This document shows, piece by piece, positions 33,863 to 45,239 of a stretch of DNA of 64,000 nucleotides. The DNA lies in NCBI GenBank assembly GCA_031962025.1, contig JAVRKW010000004.1. One strand, given 5' to 3'. A model generated the notes under the pieces. It searched no databases and was not told where the DNA came from. It saw only the letters and a list, made by a program, of their open reading frames with translations. Positions within the stretch are counted from its first letter, which is position 1. Each line of letters begins with the position of its first letter. A program made the position numbers and the translations under genes. This DNA is from Pseudothermotoga sp. (GTDB lineage Bacteria; Thermotogota; Thermotogae; Thermotogales; DSM-5069).

Positions 33863-34711
33863 ATGATAAGAATAGGTGCGCATATGCCAATTTCATACGG
33901 TTTTGAAAAAGTCCCACAGATGACTGTTGATTCTGGTGGAAACACTTTTCAGATCTTTCCTCACAGTCCAAGGACATGGAAGGCGTCACTACCATCGAAA
34001 AAAGTTGCTGAAGAATTCCAGATTCAGATGAAAAAATATCAGATTCCGCTTGAAGCGGCTTTCTGTCACTGCGGGTATCTGATCAATCCCGCAAGCCCCA
34101 AGGATGATGTCTGGAAAAAATCGGTGGAGCTTTTGATCGTCGAAGGGAAAATATGCCAGTTGCTTGGCATACCTTATTTGAATATTCATCCGGGTAGCCA
34201 CCTCGGCGCAGGTGAAAAAGAAGGAATAGACAGAATCGTGAGGGCAATCGATGAATTTCTCAAGGCAGTTTCAGATGTCACGCTTTTACTTGAAAATGTC
34301 TCACCCAAGGGAGGAAACATAGGTTATAAGATGCAGCAACTTGCAAAGATAATAGAACTGGTTTCCCAGCCAGAACGAATAGGTGTCACTTATGACACAT
34401 GCCACGGTTTTGATGCCGGTTATGATATAACCACCAAAGAAGGAGTGCAGAAACTGCTCGATGAAGTTGAAGACCTTTTTGGAATTTTCAGAATAAAAAT
34501 GATTCACCTGAATGATTCAAAATCACCCCTTGGTAAACCACTTGACAGGCATGAAAATATCGGTAAAGGTTTCATCAAAGACGAGGGCTTTAGCAATTTT
34601 CTGAGTTTTTCTCAGATACAGAACATACCGTGGGTTTTAGAGACCCCGGATCAGGATGATCTTTACGCCAAGGAAATAGCACATGTGAAATCTCTAATTG
34701 GGCTGGTGTGA
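33863..34711 (+). CDS. nfo: Endonuclease IV
   Basis: IGAH, HCGYLIN, HPGSH, LLEN, DTCH, HLNDSK, DRHENIG, LETP. Confidence 0.95.
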   Translation: MIRIGAHMPISYGFEKVPQMTVDSGGNTFQIFPHSPRTWKASLPSKKVAEEFQIQMKKYQIPLEAAFCHCGYLINPASPKDDVWKKSVELLIVEGKICQLLGIPYLNIHPGSHLGAGEKEGIDRIVRAIDEFLKAVSDVTLLLENVSPKGGNIGYKMQQLAKIIELVSQPERIGVTYDTCHGFDAGYDITTKEGVQKLLDEVEDLFGIFRIKMIHLNDSKSPLGKPLDRHENIGKGFIKDEGFSNFLSFSQIQNIPWVLETPDQDDLYAKEIAHVKSLIGLV

Positions 34712-36348
34712 TGCTGGTAGATAGCTTTGTTCTAAAAAGGATCGTTCAGGAATTACAGATTCTGAAAGACAGCAGTTTGAGACAGATATACCAGTTTGGC
34801 AGATCGACGGTTTATCTGTATTTTCAAAACCACGTCGTGAGAATATGCCTGGACCCGGCTCTTGCACACATCTGCACAGCCGAAAAAGAGGACTTTTCAG
34901 ATCATCATCCATCCACTTTTGTCATGCTGATGCGCGCAAGATTGAGAAATGCCAGGCTCAAAAGAATTGAGCAGGTTGGATTTGACAGAATAGTATTTTT
35001 TGAATTTGACAAAATCGATGAAACCGGTGACAGGCATCTGTACAGACTGTACGTTGAGTTTCTCGGCACACACTGTAATATGATCCTGGTTGAGAACCAG
35101 ACTGTGGTTGATGCATTTAAATACTCTTCAACTGCCTTGCGTACCATTGAAAAAGGTCATATTTATGAACTTTTAGCTCAAAAACTCGACCCATTTGAGA
35201 TCTCTTATGAGTTTTTCAACTCGTGCAATGAAAAACAACTTATATCCCAATTTGTGTCAAAAACAATTGCAGGCTTCTCAAAATTGTTGGTAAATGAACT
35301 GCTTTTCAGAGCAAAACTGGACGATAAAGTTGTTTGCGATCTGAACTCTTCTGAAAGAAATTCACTCAAACACGCTTTCTTTTCAATCATCAACGATTTT
35401 CAAAAGAACCGCACCTATGTTTATGATGATAAACTGAGTGCAATACCTCTGATGCATTTTTCGCAGAGCGCTGTTGTTTTTGAATCAGCTTCAAAAGCCG
35501 TTGAGTATGCTTACAGTAAGCTGTTTGAGCGCCAGATTTTGAAACAAACCAAGACAGAACTTGCAAAGATCGTTCAAGAATATATGAGAAAAGAGAATAA
35601 AACACTTGATGCGATAGAAAGCGAACTGAAAGAGTGTGAAAAGGCAGATATGTTTTTACAGTACGGTGAGCTGCTCAAATACGCACCAGATCAGAACCAG
35701 ACAGGCGATGTGGTAAACGTATTCGACTACAGTACAGGAAAGGTTTTTTCCGTGCCCCTGATAAGTGGAAAAAATATCAGGCAGAGTTCCCAGCACTATT
35801 TTGATCTTTACAAAAAATTGAAAGAAAAAGGTCGGGTTTTGCAAACAAGAATTGAGCGGTCAAGAGAGTTTTTAATGTACCTTGAGCAACTGTTGCACAC
35901 AATAGAATCTGCGGATGATCTTGAGACACTCGATGAGATCAGACAGGAAATGGCTCAGCAGGGCATGATAAGAAAGCAAAAACAGCAGATTCCAAAAGAA
36001 AGTGATTTCAAAAAGGTGGAATATCAGGGTTTTGTTATAATGATCGGGAAAAACAACAGGCAGAACGAAAGACTCGTAAGGCAGGCAAATGATAAAGACC
36101 TGTGGTTGCACGCACACCAGATACCAGGAGCGCATGTTGTGATAAAAACCCAGGGTAAGCCTGTTTCAGAAGATGTTCTCAAGTATGCCGCAGCCCTGGC
36201 TGCTTATCATTCTAAAGCCCGTTTCTCCTCAAAAGTGCCTGTTGATTACACACTTATCAAAAACGTTCACAAACCAAAAGGTTCCCCTCCCGGCTTTGTA
36301 CTGTACACAAACTACGAAACGATTTTCGTAGATCCCAGACCGGTGTAA
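34708..36348 (+). CDS. rqcH: Rqc2/RqcH (NFACT, FbpA-like) ribosome quality-control protein
   Basis: FDRIV, EFLGTHCNMILV, GKNNRQNE, WLHAHQIPGAHV, VDYT, KPKGSPPG. Confidence 0.9.
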   Translation: MMLVDSFVLKRIVQELQILKDSSLRQIYQFGRSTVYLYFQNHVVRICLDPALAHICTAEKEDFSDHHPSTFVMLMRARLRNARLKRIEQVGFDRIVFFEFDKIDETGDRHLYRLYVEFLGTHCNMILVENQTVVDAFKYSSTALRTIEKGHIYELLAQKLDPFEISYEFFNSCNEKQLISQFVSKTIAGFSKLLVNELLFRAKLDDKVVCDLNSSERNSLKHAFFSIINDFQKNRTYVYDDKLSAIPLMHFSQSAVVFESASKAVEYAYSKLFERQILKQTKTELAKIVQEYMRKENKTLDAIESELKECEKADMFLQYGELLKYAPDQNQTGDVVNVFDYSTGKVFSVPLISGKNIRQSSQHYFDLYKKLKEKGRVLQTRIERSREFLMYLEQLLHTIESADDLETLDEIRQEMAQQGMIRKQKQQIPKESDFKKVEYQGFVIMIGKNNRQNERLVRQANDKDLWLHAHQIPGAHVVIKTQGKPVSEDVLKYAAALAAYHSKARFSSKVPVDYTLIKNVHKPKGSPPGFVLYTNYETIFVDPRPV

Positions 36349-36386
36349 CGTGTTTTGACACCTTCCTCAATTTTTGTAATTTATAC

Positions 36387-36415
36387 TTGACAATTTCTAA
36401 AGTTAGCTCTAAAAT
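36387..36415 (+). promoter_or_regulatory. Sigma-70 promoter
   Basis: TTGACA-17 nt-TAAAAT upstream of a GGAGG RBS and ATG 36444. Confidence 0.75.
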
Positions 36416-36443
36416 ATTTTCAAAACATGTGGGAGGTGTCAAT

Positions 36444-37211
36444 ATGTTTAATGCTTTTATTGCAAATTTTAAAAAATCGTGGATAGAATTTAAAAGGTAC
36501 TACTTCAACACCATCTCCGGACTGGCAACTGTGCTGATCTTTTTTTACCTGATCTTTTTTGGAGCGAAAGCGATTGGTGGTTCCACCGTGGATTTCGGTA
36601 ATACCATCGAAGGGATCACAGTTGGCTATTTCATGTGGTTGATGTTCATCTTTTCTTTTCAGGGTGTTGCGTGGGGTATCATCGATGAGGCTCAAAGAGG
36701 TACCTTGGAACAGGTCTTTGTCTCTCCGATTTCTTTTGAATACCAGATGCTCTTTCGAATGATAAGTGATTTTGTTTTCAATGTTTTGTTTGCCGTGCCT
36801 TTGATGTACCTTGTTGCGTACACAACCGGCAGGAGATTGAATTTTGACTTTTTAACCCTTCTGTACCTTCTCATCACCGGTACAGTTTGTGCTCTTGGTA
36901 TCGGAATGATGCTCGGTGGCATTGCGCTTGTTTTTAAAAGGATCTCTTCTTTCATTCAAATAGTCACCTTTGGCTCTCTTGCTTTCACCATGTTCGATCT
37001 TTCCAAACTCTGGTACAGGTTCCTTCCCATGTCACAGGCAGCCTATTTGATGAAAAAACTCGCAGTAGAGGGTATAAGGTTTTACCAGTTTCAACTTTCT
37101 GATCATGTGGTTTTGTGGCTGGTGGCCTTCATTTATCTGATGGCAGGTGTACTGGTCTTTCGCGGTTTTGAAAAACGGGCAATGATAGCCGGTACACTTG
37201 GCCAGTATTGA
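36444..37211 (+). CDS. ABC-2 type exporter permease
   Basis: Six TM segments, EAQRGTLEQVFVSP motif; precedes an ATPase. Confidence 0.82.
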   Translation: MFNAFIANFKKSWIEFKRYYFNTISGLATVLIFFYLIFFGAKAIGGSTVDFGNTIEGITVGYFMWLMFIFSFQGVAWGIIDEAQRGTLEQVFVSPISFEYQMLFRMISDFVFNVLFAVPLMYLVAYTTGRRLNFDFLTLLYLLITGTVCALGIGMMLGGIALVFKRISSFIQIVTFGSLAFTMFDLSKLWYRFLPMSQAAYLMKKLAVEGIRFYQFQLSDHVVLWLVAFIYLMAGVLVFRGFEKRAMIAGTLGQY

Positions 37212-37220
37212 GGTGATAGG

Positions 37221-38174
37221 ATGATTACGGTCAAAAACCTGGTTAAAACCTATCCAAAAAGAGGTTCAAAAGAAAAATTCAAAGCCGTGGATGATGTATC
37301 TTTCGAGCTCAAAGCTGGTGAAATCTTTTCCCTTCTTGGTCCAAACGGTGCTGGAAAAACGACCATTATAAAATCGATCTGTGGATTGATAATCCCCGAT
37401 TCAGGTGAAATAAAGATCAAAGGTATCAGTGTTTTCAAAAACCGCTCTAAAGCTCTTGAAAACATCAGCGTCGTACTTGAAGGAAACAGAAATCTCTACT
37501 GGAGAATGACACCGGTTGAGAACATGATGTACTTTTCCGGCATCAGAGGAAAGAAATTGAGAAAAAGTGAGGCGATCGAAATACTCGAAAGACTCGGTTT
37601 GCGTGAAAAGAAAGATGAGATCGTGCACAAATTATCGCGAGGTATGCAGCAAAAAGCGGCAATAGCAGTCTGTCTTGCAGCAGGTACAGACATACTTCTT
37701 TTGGATGAACCGACGCTGGGTTTGGATGTGAACTCAGCCGTGGAATTTCGCACGATCTTGAAAGATTTAAAGAATCAGGGTAAGACCATCCTTCTTTCAA
37801 CACACGACATGAATCTGGTTGAAGCAGTAGCCGATAGAGTTGCGATAATGAACAACGGCAAGATCGTCGTCTGTGAGGAAAAAAGAAAATTGATGGACCT
37901 CTTCACGGCGCGCGGTTATAAGATAAGAATTCTTTCAAATGGAGCGAGCGAGGAAAAGCTCACAAAAATGGGTTTATCAGAATGGAGCAAAGATGGCAAT
38001 GTTATCGAAATTCATCTGAATCTTTCCTCGGCAAAGGAACTGTACAAAATCATTGAAGATTTCAAGCTGAACCAGATTGAGATAGAGAGCATAGAAAAGG
38101 AGCTGGTTAATTTTGAGAAGATTTTCATGTCTTATACCGCCTGTACTAAACATGATATAATCAACAACGTATGA
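37221..38174 (+). CDS. ABC-2 type exporter ATP-binding protein
   Basis: [27 protein letters not shown]. Confidence 0.9.
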   Translation: MITVKNLVKTYPKRGSKEKFKAVDDVSFELKAGEIFSLLGPNGAGKTTIIKSICGLIIPDSGEIKIKGISVFKNRSKALENISVVLEGNRNLYWRMTPVENMMYFSGIRGKKLRKSEAIEILERLGLREKKDEIVHKLSRGMQQKAAIAVCLAAGTDILLLDEPTLGLDVNSAVEFRTILKDLKNQGKTILLSTHDMNLVEAVADRVAIMNNGKIVVCEEKRKLMDLFTARGYKIRILSNGASEEKLTKMGLSEWSKDGNVIEIHLNLSSAKELYKIIEDFKLNQIEIESIEKELVNFEKIFMSYTACTKHDIINNV

Positions 38175-38199
38175 AAAAACTCGCTGGGGAGGGAGCCAG

Positions 38200-38757
38200 A
38201 TGAAGCATCCTCTTGTGAAAAATGCAGAAGATAGAATGAACAAGGCTATTGAGAAAATAAGTGAAGAACTCAGAAGGATGAGAACGGGTAGACCTTCGCC
38301 TGCCATTCTTGAGGAAATAAAAGTTGACTACTACGGTGCCCCAACACCGATCAATCAACTTGCAACTGTGAGTATTTCCGAAGACAGATCTTTGATAATA
38401 AAACCATGGGACAAATCAGTTCTTCCTGCCATTGAAAAGGCAATCTTCACTTCTGATATAGGCTTGACTCCACAGAACGATGGTAATATCATTAGACTTA
38501 TTTTCCCAACTCCGACCACCGAGCAAAAACAGAAGTGGGTTAAAAAAGCAAAGGAAATCATTGAACAGGGTAAGGTAGCAATAAGAAATGTCAGAAGGGA
38601 TGTTCTCAAAGATCTCAAAGATATGCAAAAAGATGGTAAGATTTCCGAAGACGATGAAAAGAGACTTGAAAAAGAGATTCAGGATCTGACAGACAAAAAG
38701 ATACAGGAGATGGATAAACTCTTTGAAAAGAAAGAAAAGGAGATAATGGAAGTTTGA
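38200..38757 (+). CDS. frr: Ribosome recycling factor
   Basis: [28 protein letters not shown]. Confidence 0.97.
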   Translation: MKHPLVKNAEDRMNKAIEKISEELRRMRTGRPSPAILEEIKVDYYGAPTPINQLATVSISEDRSLIIKPWDKSVLPAIEKAIFTSDIGLTPQNDGNIIRLIFPTPTTEQKQKWVKKAKEIIEQGKVAIRNVRRDVLKDLKDMQKDGKISEDDEKRLEKEIQDLTDKKIQEMDKLFEKKEKEIMEV

Positions 38758-39431
38758 ACCTGACACACCTTGCGGTCATAATGGATGGTAATGGAAGGTG
38801 GGCTCAGAAAAGAGGCCTTCCCAGAGTCCAGGGGCATAGAAAAGGTGCCCAGAAGGCTGAAAAGATTATAGAATGGTGTGCCGAACTCGGTATAAAGTAT
38901 GTCACACTCTATACTTTTTCAACAGAAAACTGGAAAAGACCGCAGGAAGAAGTGAATTATTTGTTCTCTCTGCTTGTTGAGATGCTCAACAAGAAATTTA
39001 CCAGAATGATGGAGCAGGGAGTGAGAATCAGATTCTGCGGACTTGTTGAGCAGCTACCCGAGCAGATAGTGAATGTCTGCAGGGATTTTGAAAATAAAAC
39101 GAAAGACAACCAAAAAATTCAGGCAATACTGGCGTTGAATTACGGCGGGCGTCGTGAGATAATCGATGCCGTTAACAGAGCCGTTCAAAACGGTGTAAAA
39201 CAGTTCGATGAAAATGTACTAAGAAGTTATCTTTATCTTCCTGATGTCCCTGATCCAGACCTTGTCATAAGGACATCTGGAGAGGTGAGAATAAGTAACT
39301 TTTTGCTGTGGCAGATCGCTTACAGTGAGCTGTATTTCACAGACGTTCTCTGGCCAGATTTTTCAAAGGAAGATCTTTTGAAAGCCGTCAGAAATTTTGA
39401 AAATCGTCATCGAAGATTTGGGGGATTGTGA
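38754..39431 (+). CDS. uppS: Undecaprenyl diphosphate synthase
   Basis: [38 protein letters not shown]. Confidence 0.96.
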   Translation: MNLTHLAVIMDGNGRWAQKRGLPRVQGHRKGAQKAEKIIEWCAELGIKYVTLYTFSTENWKRPQEEVNYLFSLLVEMLNKKFTRMMEQGVRIRFCGLVEQLPEQIVNVCRDFENKTKDNQKIQAILALNYGGRREIIDAVNRAVQNGVKQFDENVLRSYLYLPDVPDPDLVIRTSGEVRISNFLLWQIAYSELYFTDVLWPDFSKEDLLKAVRNFENRHRRFGGL

Positions 39432-40246
39432 TGTCAGAAACTAAAACAAGAGTTATAACCGCTCTGATAGTTGCACCTTTTGTCGTTCTGTGTTTCATAA
39501 ACTACAAAAGTCTGATTGGACTGGTTGCCGCGGTTGTTTTACTCGCATCGTATGAACTTTTGAACATGACTGTGAAAAATTACCAGCAGAGGATCTTTTT
39601 GTATTTTGGTGTGGCGCTGAGCGTTGGATTTACGATAATTTACGGAATAATGAAAGCCAGCAACGGGATTCTTTTACTCAGTCTCGCTTTTGTTATCAAC
39701 GCAGTTGTTTTTATCATAACGCTCAAAGAAACTTCCACTGTGTTCAACACCGTACTTGCCTCTGCTTTATCACTTTTGTACATCGCTGGTTGCCTTTCCT
39801 TTTTCTTTCCAATCTACCTTGAATATGGAGCTGCCAATGCCCTGTTAAATCTCACAGCGGTGTGGCTGTACGACACAGGAGCTTATTTTGTTGGCATAAA
39901 ATATGGAAAAACAAAGATTGCAAAACGTATAAGTCCTTCAAAAAGTCTTGAAGGCGTTGCTGGTGGTTTTGCAGCATCCATGGTTTTTTGTTTTGTCTAC
40001 AAAATAATTTTCGAACGGCTTTTTGGAGCATCTGTGATGTCTTTCAGATCTCTTGTTATTTTTTCTCTAATCATAGCTGTCTTTGACACATTTGGAGATC
40101 TGTTCGAATCTGCGCTGAAAAGGCATTTTAGCTTGAAAGATTCTGGGAATGTTCTCCCGGGACATGGTGGTATGCTGGATAGAATAGACGGGCTTTTGTT
40201 TGTAACTCCAGTGACTTATTTTCTTCTTTCAGCAGGTATTCTTTAA
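39428..40246 (+). CDS. cdsA: Phosphatidate cytidylyltransferase
   Basis: DTGAYFVG, SPSKSLEG, GDLFESALKR, KDSG..LPGHGGMLDRID. Confidence 0.96.
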   Translation: MMSETKTRVITALIVAPFVVLCFINYKSLIGLVAAVVLLASYELLNMTVKNYQQRIFLYFGVALSVGFTIIYGIMKASNGILLLSLAFVINAVVFIITLKETSTVFNTVLASALSLLYIAGCLSFFFPIYLEYGAANALLNLTAVWLYDTGAYFVGIKYGKTKIAKRISPSKSLEGVAGGFAASMVFCFVYKIIFERLFGASVMSFRSLVIFSLIIAVFDTFGDLFESALKRHFSLKDSGNVLPGHGGMLDRIDGLLFVTPVTYFLLSAGIL

Positions 40247-40258
40247 GGAGGTTGAAGG

Positions 40259-42838
40259 ATGACTGGCGATGAACTCAGACAGGAATTTCTGAAATTTTTC
40301 CAGTCCAAGGGACACAAAGTTTTGCCCAGCGCTTCATTAATACCCAATGACCCGCAGCTTTTGTTCACCGTTGCCGGTATGGTGCCTTTCAAACCCATCT
40401 TCTGGGGAAAGGTCGAACCAGTTTACACACGAGTTGCCACATGCCAGAAGTGTCTGAGAACAAATGATATAGACAACGTTGGAAGAACACCAAGACATCA
40501 GACCTTTTTCGAGATGCTCGGGAATTTCTCTTTTGGGGATTATTTCAAAAAAGAAGCGATCACCTGGGCATGGGAGTTTGTTACAAAGGTACTCAAACTT
40601 CCCGAGGAAAAGCTGTGGGTGACTATATACAAAGACGATGAGGAAGCTTTTAAAATATGGAAAGATCTGGTTGGAGTTCCGGAAAAGAAAATAGTGCGCA
40701 TGGGAAAAGATACAAACTTTTGGGGGCCTGCAGGTCCAACAGGTCCGTGTGGACCGTGTTCAGAGATCCACTACGACACGGGAGTTATGGACGACTGTCC
40801 GCAGGACCAGGAATGTACACCAGCCAACTCTGACAGGCGTTTTTTAGAGATATGGAATCTGGTTTTCACAGAATTCAACCAGGATGAAAATGGAAATCTC
40901 AACCCCCTTCCAAAAAAGAACATAGACACCGGTGCTGGCTTGGAAAGAATCGCTTCTGTGGTTCAAAAAGTGAGTGGAAATTTTGAAACAGATCTGTTCA
41001 CACCCATAATAAAACGCATAGAAGAAGTTCTGAACGTGAAATACAGGGAAAGCAACTCAAAAGATATCTCTATCAGGGTTATTGCTGATCATTCAAGAGC
41101 CGTCACTTTCCTGATAGCCGACGGTGTTTTTCCATCCAACGAAGAACGTGGTTATGTGCTCAGAAGAATACTTCGAAGGGCTGTCAGGCACGGTGTATTA
41201 CTCGGTGCCAAAAAACCATTCCTTCATTTGATCAACGAAGCTGTCATAGAGAGAATGGGAAAGGTTTATCCAGAGATTGTCGAAAGAAAAAAGTTGATTT
41301 TAGAAGTCACACAGGCTGAAGAAGAAAGATTTTTCAAAACCATAGTTCAGGGTAATGAAATGCTCAGTGATATCATCGCAAAATCTCACAGAACGATTAA
41401 GGGAGAAGATGTTTTCAAGCTGTACGATACATACGGTTTTCCACCAGATATAGTAGTCGATGTTGCAAAAGAACACGGTCTTGAAGTTGATCTGAAAGAA
41501 TTTGAAAGGCTCATGGAACTACAAAGAGAAAAAGCAAGAAGTGCGAGAATCGAAGTGGAATTTGCCAGATCTTCAGAAGATTATGAAAAACTGTCAAAGA
41601 CTATCAAGACAACTTTCGTTGGATATGAAACTTTAGAATGCAAAGCCACCGTCGTCTATACAAAAAAACAAAACGGCAGATTAGAAGTTGTTTTTGACAA
41701 AACCTGCTTTTACGCTGAAAGAGGCGGACAGGTAGCCGATACGGGCAGGGTTATCTGGGAAAACGGTTCTGCTGTTGTGGAGGGTGTTTATATACCGGTC
41801 GAAGGGATCATCGCTCATGTGATCAGACCGGAAAGCGGAGAGCTCGATCAGGGTGTGAAGGTTAAACTTGAAGTGGATAGAGAAAAAAGGCAAGCCACGG
41901 CGAGAAACCACACTGCGACCCATCTATTACACTCGGCTTTGAGAAAGGTGCTTGGAGACCACGTAAAACAATCAGGTTCACTTGTAGCCCCAGACAGGCT
42001 CAGATTTGATTTCACCCATTATCAACCGCTCACATACGATGAAATTGAGAAGATAGAAGACCTCGTCAACAACGTGATTTTTCAAGCAATTCCCGTTGTC
42101 ATACAGGAAAAATCCTATAAAGAAGCTGTGGCTGAAGGTGCAATAGCACTGTTCAACGAGAAATACGGTGATGTGGTCAGGGTCGTAAAAGTTCCGGGCT
42201 TCAGTGAAGAATTGTGTGGTGGAACCCACGTTAAAAATACCGGAAACATAGGTCTGTTCAAAATAATCTCTGAATCCGCGATCTCTGCCGGCACAAGACG
42301 TATAGAAGCTGTAACTGGATTTAACGCACTGCATTATCTGAGAGCAAAAGATCAGTTGATAAAAAATCTGTGTGAAAAACTCGATACCTCTCAGGATGAA
42401 ATTCTCTCAAGAATTGAGATTCTTATTGAGAAAAATCACAATTTGCAAAAAGAACTGGAACAGATCAGATCAAAGTTACTCGTCTCTCAACTCAGGCAGG
42501 CCCCCAGCGAAACGATAAAAGATATCAGGTTACTGCACACGGTCTTTAATGACGTTGGGTCTGATGAATTGCGAAATCTTTCAGACATAGCCGTGTCTGG
42601 TGAAAAATCTCTTGTAGCACTTTTGTTCTCTGTGAACAAAGACAAAGTCAATTTGATAGTGCGCGTCACCCAGGACATTGCAAAAAAGATCAAAGCAGCG
42701 GATATAGCAAAATACGCCGCTCAGATTCTGGAAGGTGGAGGAGGAGGAAGACCAGACTTTGCCCAGGCTGGCGGTAAAAACCCATCAAAAATAAACATCA
42801 TCATAGAATACACAAGAAAACTGCTTGAAAAAACTTGA
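40259..42838 (+). CDS. alaS: Alanine--tRNA ligase
   Basis: VAGMVPFK, FFEMLGNFSFGDYFK, GPCGPCSE, HTATHLLH, ELCGGTH, GGGGGRPDFAQAGG. Confidence 0.98.
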   Translation: MTGDELRQEFLKFFQSKGHKVLPSASLIPNDPQLLFTVAGMVPFKPIFWGKVEPVYTRVATCQKCLRTNDIDNVGRTPRHQTFFEMLGNFSFGDYFKKEAITWAWEFVTKVLKLPEEKLWVTIYKDDEEAFKIWKDLVGVPEKKIVRMGKDTNFWGPAGPTGPCGPCSEIHYDTGVMDDCPQDQECTPANSDRRFLEIWNLVFTEFNQDENGNLNPLPKKNIDTGAGLERIASVVQKVSGNFETDLFTPIIKRIEEVLNVKYRESNSKDISIRVIADHSRAVTFLIADGVFPSNEERGYVLRRILRRAVRHGVLLGAKKPFLHLINEAVIERMGKVYPEIVERKKLILEVTQAEEERFFKTIVQGNEMLSDIIAKSHRTIKGEDVFKLYDTYGFPPDIVVDVAKEHGLEVDLKEFERLMELQREKARSARIEVEFARSSEDYEKLSKTIKTTFVGYETLECKATVVYTKKQNGRLEVVFDKTCFYAERGGQVADTGRVIWENGSAVVEGVYIPVEGIIAHVIRPESGELDQGVKVKLEVDREKRQATARNHTATHLLHSALRKVLGDHVKQSGSLVAPDRLRFDFTHYQPLTYDEIEKIEDLVNNVIFQAIPVVIQEKSYKEAVAEGAIALFNEKYGDVVRVVKVPGFSEELCGGTHVKNTGNIGLFKIISESAISAGTRRIEAVTGFNALHYLRAKDQLIKNLCEKLDTSQDEILSRIEILIEKNHNLQKELEQIRSKLLVSQLRQAPSETIKDIRLLHTVFNDVGSDELRNLSDIAVSGEKSLVALLFSVNKDKVNLIVRVTQDIAKKIKAADIAKYAAQILEGGGGGRPDFAQAGGKNPSKINIIIEYTRKLLEKT

Positions 42839-43096
42839 TCTATAGAACACAACACAAAATAGTGAACTATTATCTATTAAAAAGGTACAAATTTGCTGAA
42901 AAATCGGGTAGCTTATGCTACCCTTATTTTCAAAGAATGGTTCACACACTCATTAATGTTTATCTTCACCTTAGCAGATTCACGAGCTGTTTTCTACCCT
43001 TTGATCTTTTGTTTTGACCACAGAGCATTGATTTTTCAACACATCAGTTTTTGATTGATTTGCTAATATAGTTGTTGAGAACGACAAAAAGGAGGC

Positions 43097-43959
43097 TTGA
43101 TTGGATTGAGAGTACTTTCATTAGTCGGTGCAAGACCGCAGATCATAAAAGAAGCAATAATCCACAGAAGATTGAAAGAAGATAACATAGAAGAAATACT
43201 AGTCCATTCAGGACAGCATTATGATTATAACATGTCAGACGTGTTTTTCGAAGTGCTTGGTATAAGAAAACCAGATTATAACCTCAACGTTGGCTCAGCC
43301 AGCCACTTCTCTTTTGCCCTAGTCAGCTTGCGGTAAAAAATTTACAAAAAGAGGGCATCACAGAAGGTGTTTTCTTTGTCGGTGATGTGATGTACGATCT
43401 ATATCTTCAGATGGAAGAAATTTTCAGATATGATGTATACAAAACTCTCAAACTCAAAGAAGGCGAATATATCCTTGTCACTCTGCACAGGGATTTCAAT
43501 GTTGACATCAAAGAAAAGCTGGAAAAAATCCTTCAACAGCTCAAAAAAATATCTGAACAGATAAAAATAGTGTTTCCAGTACATCCAAGAACGAAAAAAA
43601 GAATAGAAGAATTCAAACTGTGGGAATATTTAGAAAATGCCGTGATAACCGAGCCAGTAGATTATTTGAATTTAATGGGTCTTGTTAAAAATTGCCACAA
43701 GGTCATAACAGACAGCGGCGGACTTCAAAAAGAAGCGTACTTTGCCGGAAAAAGGGCAGTCGTTTTAATGCCGGACACAGGTTGGAGAGAACTCGTTGAA
43801 GCTGGATGGAACAGACTTGCAGATGAAAACAACCTTTACAAAATCGTGATGGAAGAAAGCTCCTTTGAAATACCCTGCGGCGTGTACGGAGACGGAAACG
43901 CCTCCGAAAAGATCGTCGAGGTTATAGAAAAGATACAGAGTAGAAAACCTTCGAGGTAG
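43097..43959 (+). pseudogene. UDP-N-acetylglucosamine 2-epimerase (WecB-like) pseudogene with internal deletion and frameshift
   Basis: N-terminus GARPQ...GQHYD...NVGSASH joins near 43305, in another frame, to LLFCPSQLAVKNL...GDVMYD...TLHR...TDSGGLQKEA...YGDG; the family's GDT/HVEAG segment is missing. Confidence 0.85.
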
Positions 43960-44132
43960 AATGATTGATTTGTCGCCATCCCGCCGCGAACCGCACCGAT
44001 CAGCCCGCGACTAATATGTCAGAGGGTCAAATTTGCCTTTTTGACAATATTACTGTAACTTTTGACATGGTGGCAGGTAATTGACTTTTTTGTGGCTGCT
44101 GAAATAGAATGCAGATATCATTTATAGATTTT

Positions 44133-45239
44133 CTACTTTCCAAGAACGAAATTCAGAAAGACATCTTCTTTCTTCCTGTCCCAGACGAAATCTTCTTTGT
44201 ACTTTTCAATATTGTGCCGGTAATATTCGTAGTTCTCAAATGCTTCCAGTATCTTTTTCACAGAGCCATCTACGTCGTCTGGTTCAATCACCACTCCAAT
44301 GCCGTACTTTTGAACTTCTTTCACCATTGAAACAAATGTATTCTTCACTATCACCGGTGTTCCAGCAGCGATCGAATCATAGTATTTATGTGGCAGTGAA
44401 AAAATATCGTTCTTGTATGATTCATCATTCACAGTGCTGAAAGATATCAAGCTGAATGAAGCTTTCGAAAGTTCTTCCATCATCTTTTCATACGGCAGAA
44501 AACTTGTGTATTCATGCGGAATGTCTTTGAACACTTCACAATCCATACCTATTATTCTGAACTTTATTCCATTGTTCGCAAGCTTGCTCAGGATTTCTTT
44601 TTCTTTTGATATACCTCTTACAGTTTTTCCAACAAGTACTATCTCTTTATTTTTCACTCTTGAAGAAACACTTAAACTCGCATAGTTGGGAACAACCAGC
44701 GATGGTCTTGAAATTCCAAGCTTGCTGAAAACATCGTCTTTTGTTTCCTCAGATACAAAAATCACCTTATCTGACAGCTCAATCTGCTTTTTGAAAATCT
44801 TCTACGCAGCGTATTCTTTGAGTTTTTTCAGCGTGCCGGGTAAAAAACTTAGAAAATTCTGAGGATGATACTCATGAACATCGTATATCACAGTTCTTTG
44901 AAGCTTTTTTGCCAACCTGAAAGCCTTCACAGGCATAGTTGGCAAAAAATGATGGAAATACACGACATCGCAATCGACAGACTCAATTAAATGTAATATT
45001 TTTCTGTCAAAATTCACCCTTCTAAGCGCTTCTTTCAAATACTCCCACATGCTCTTTTTTTCGGATATCTTTCCATACTGAACGGGAATGTATGATATAT
45101 TACCATCTTTGTAATTATCTTCCTTTTCGTTTGCCAGATATTGGTAAAGCACATCATGGCATTTTGAAAAAGCCTGAACTGTTCTGAAAACTCTTTTATC
45201 GTGTTTTGAATGCATATATCCAATAACCAGGATCTTCAT
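44133..45239 (-). pseudogene. Glycosyltransferase (GT-B) interrupted by an in-frame TAG
   Basis: ORFs 44802-45239 and 44133-44765 are in one frame, joined as KEYAA*KIFKKQIELSDKVIFVSEE; motifs DKRV, YDVHE and PHKYYDSIAAGTPVI. Confidence 0.8.

Noticed and set aside
42835..43017. 60-aa ORF after alaS
   Set aside because: No RBS or recognisable motif; probably intergenic.
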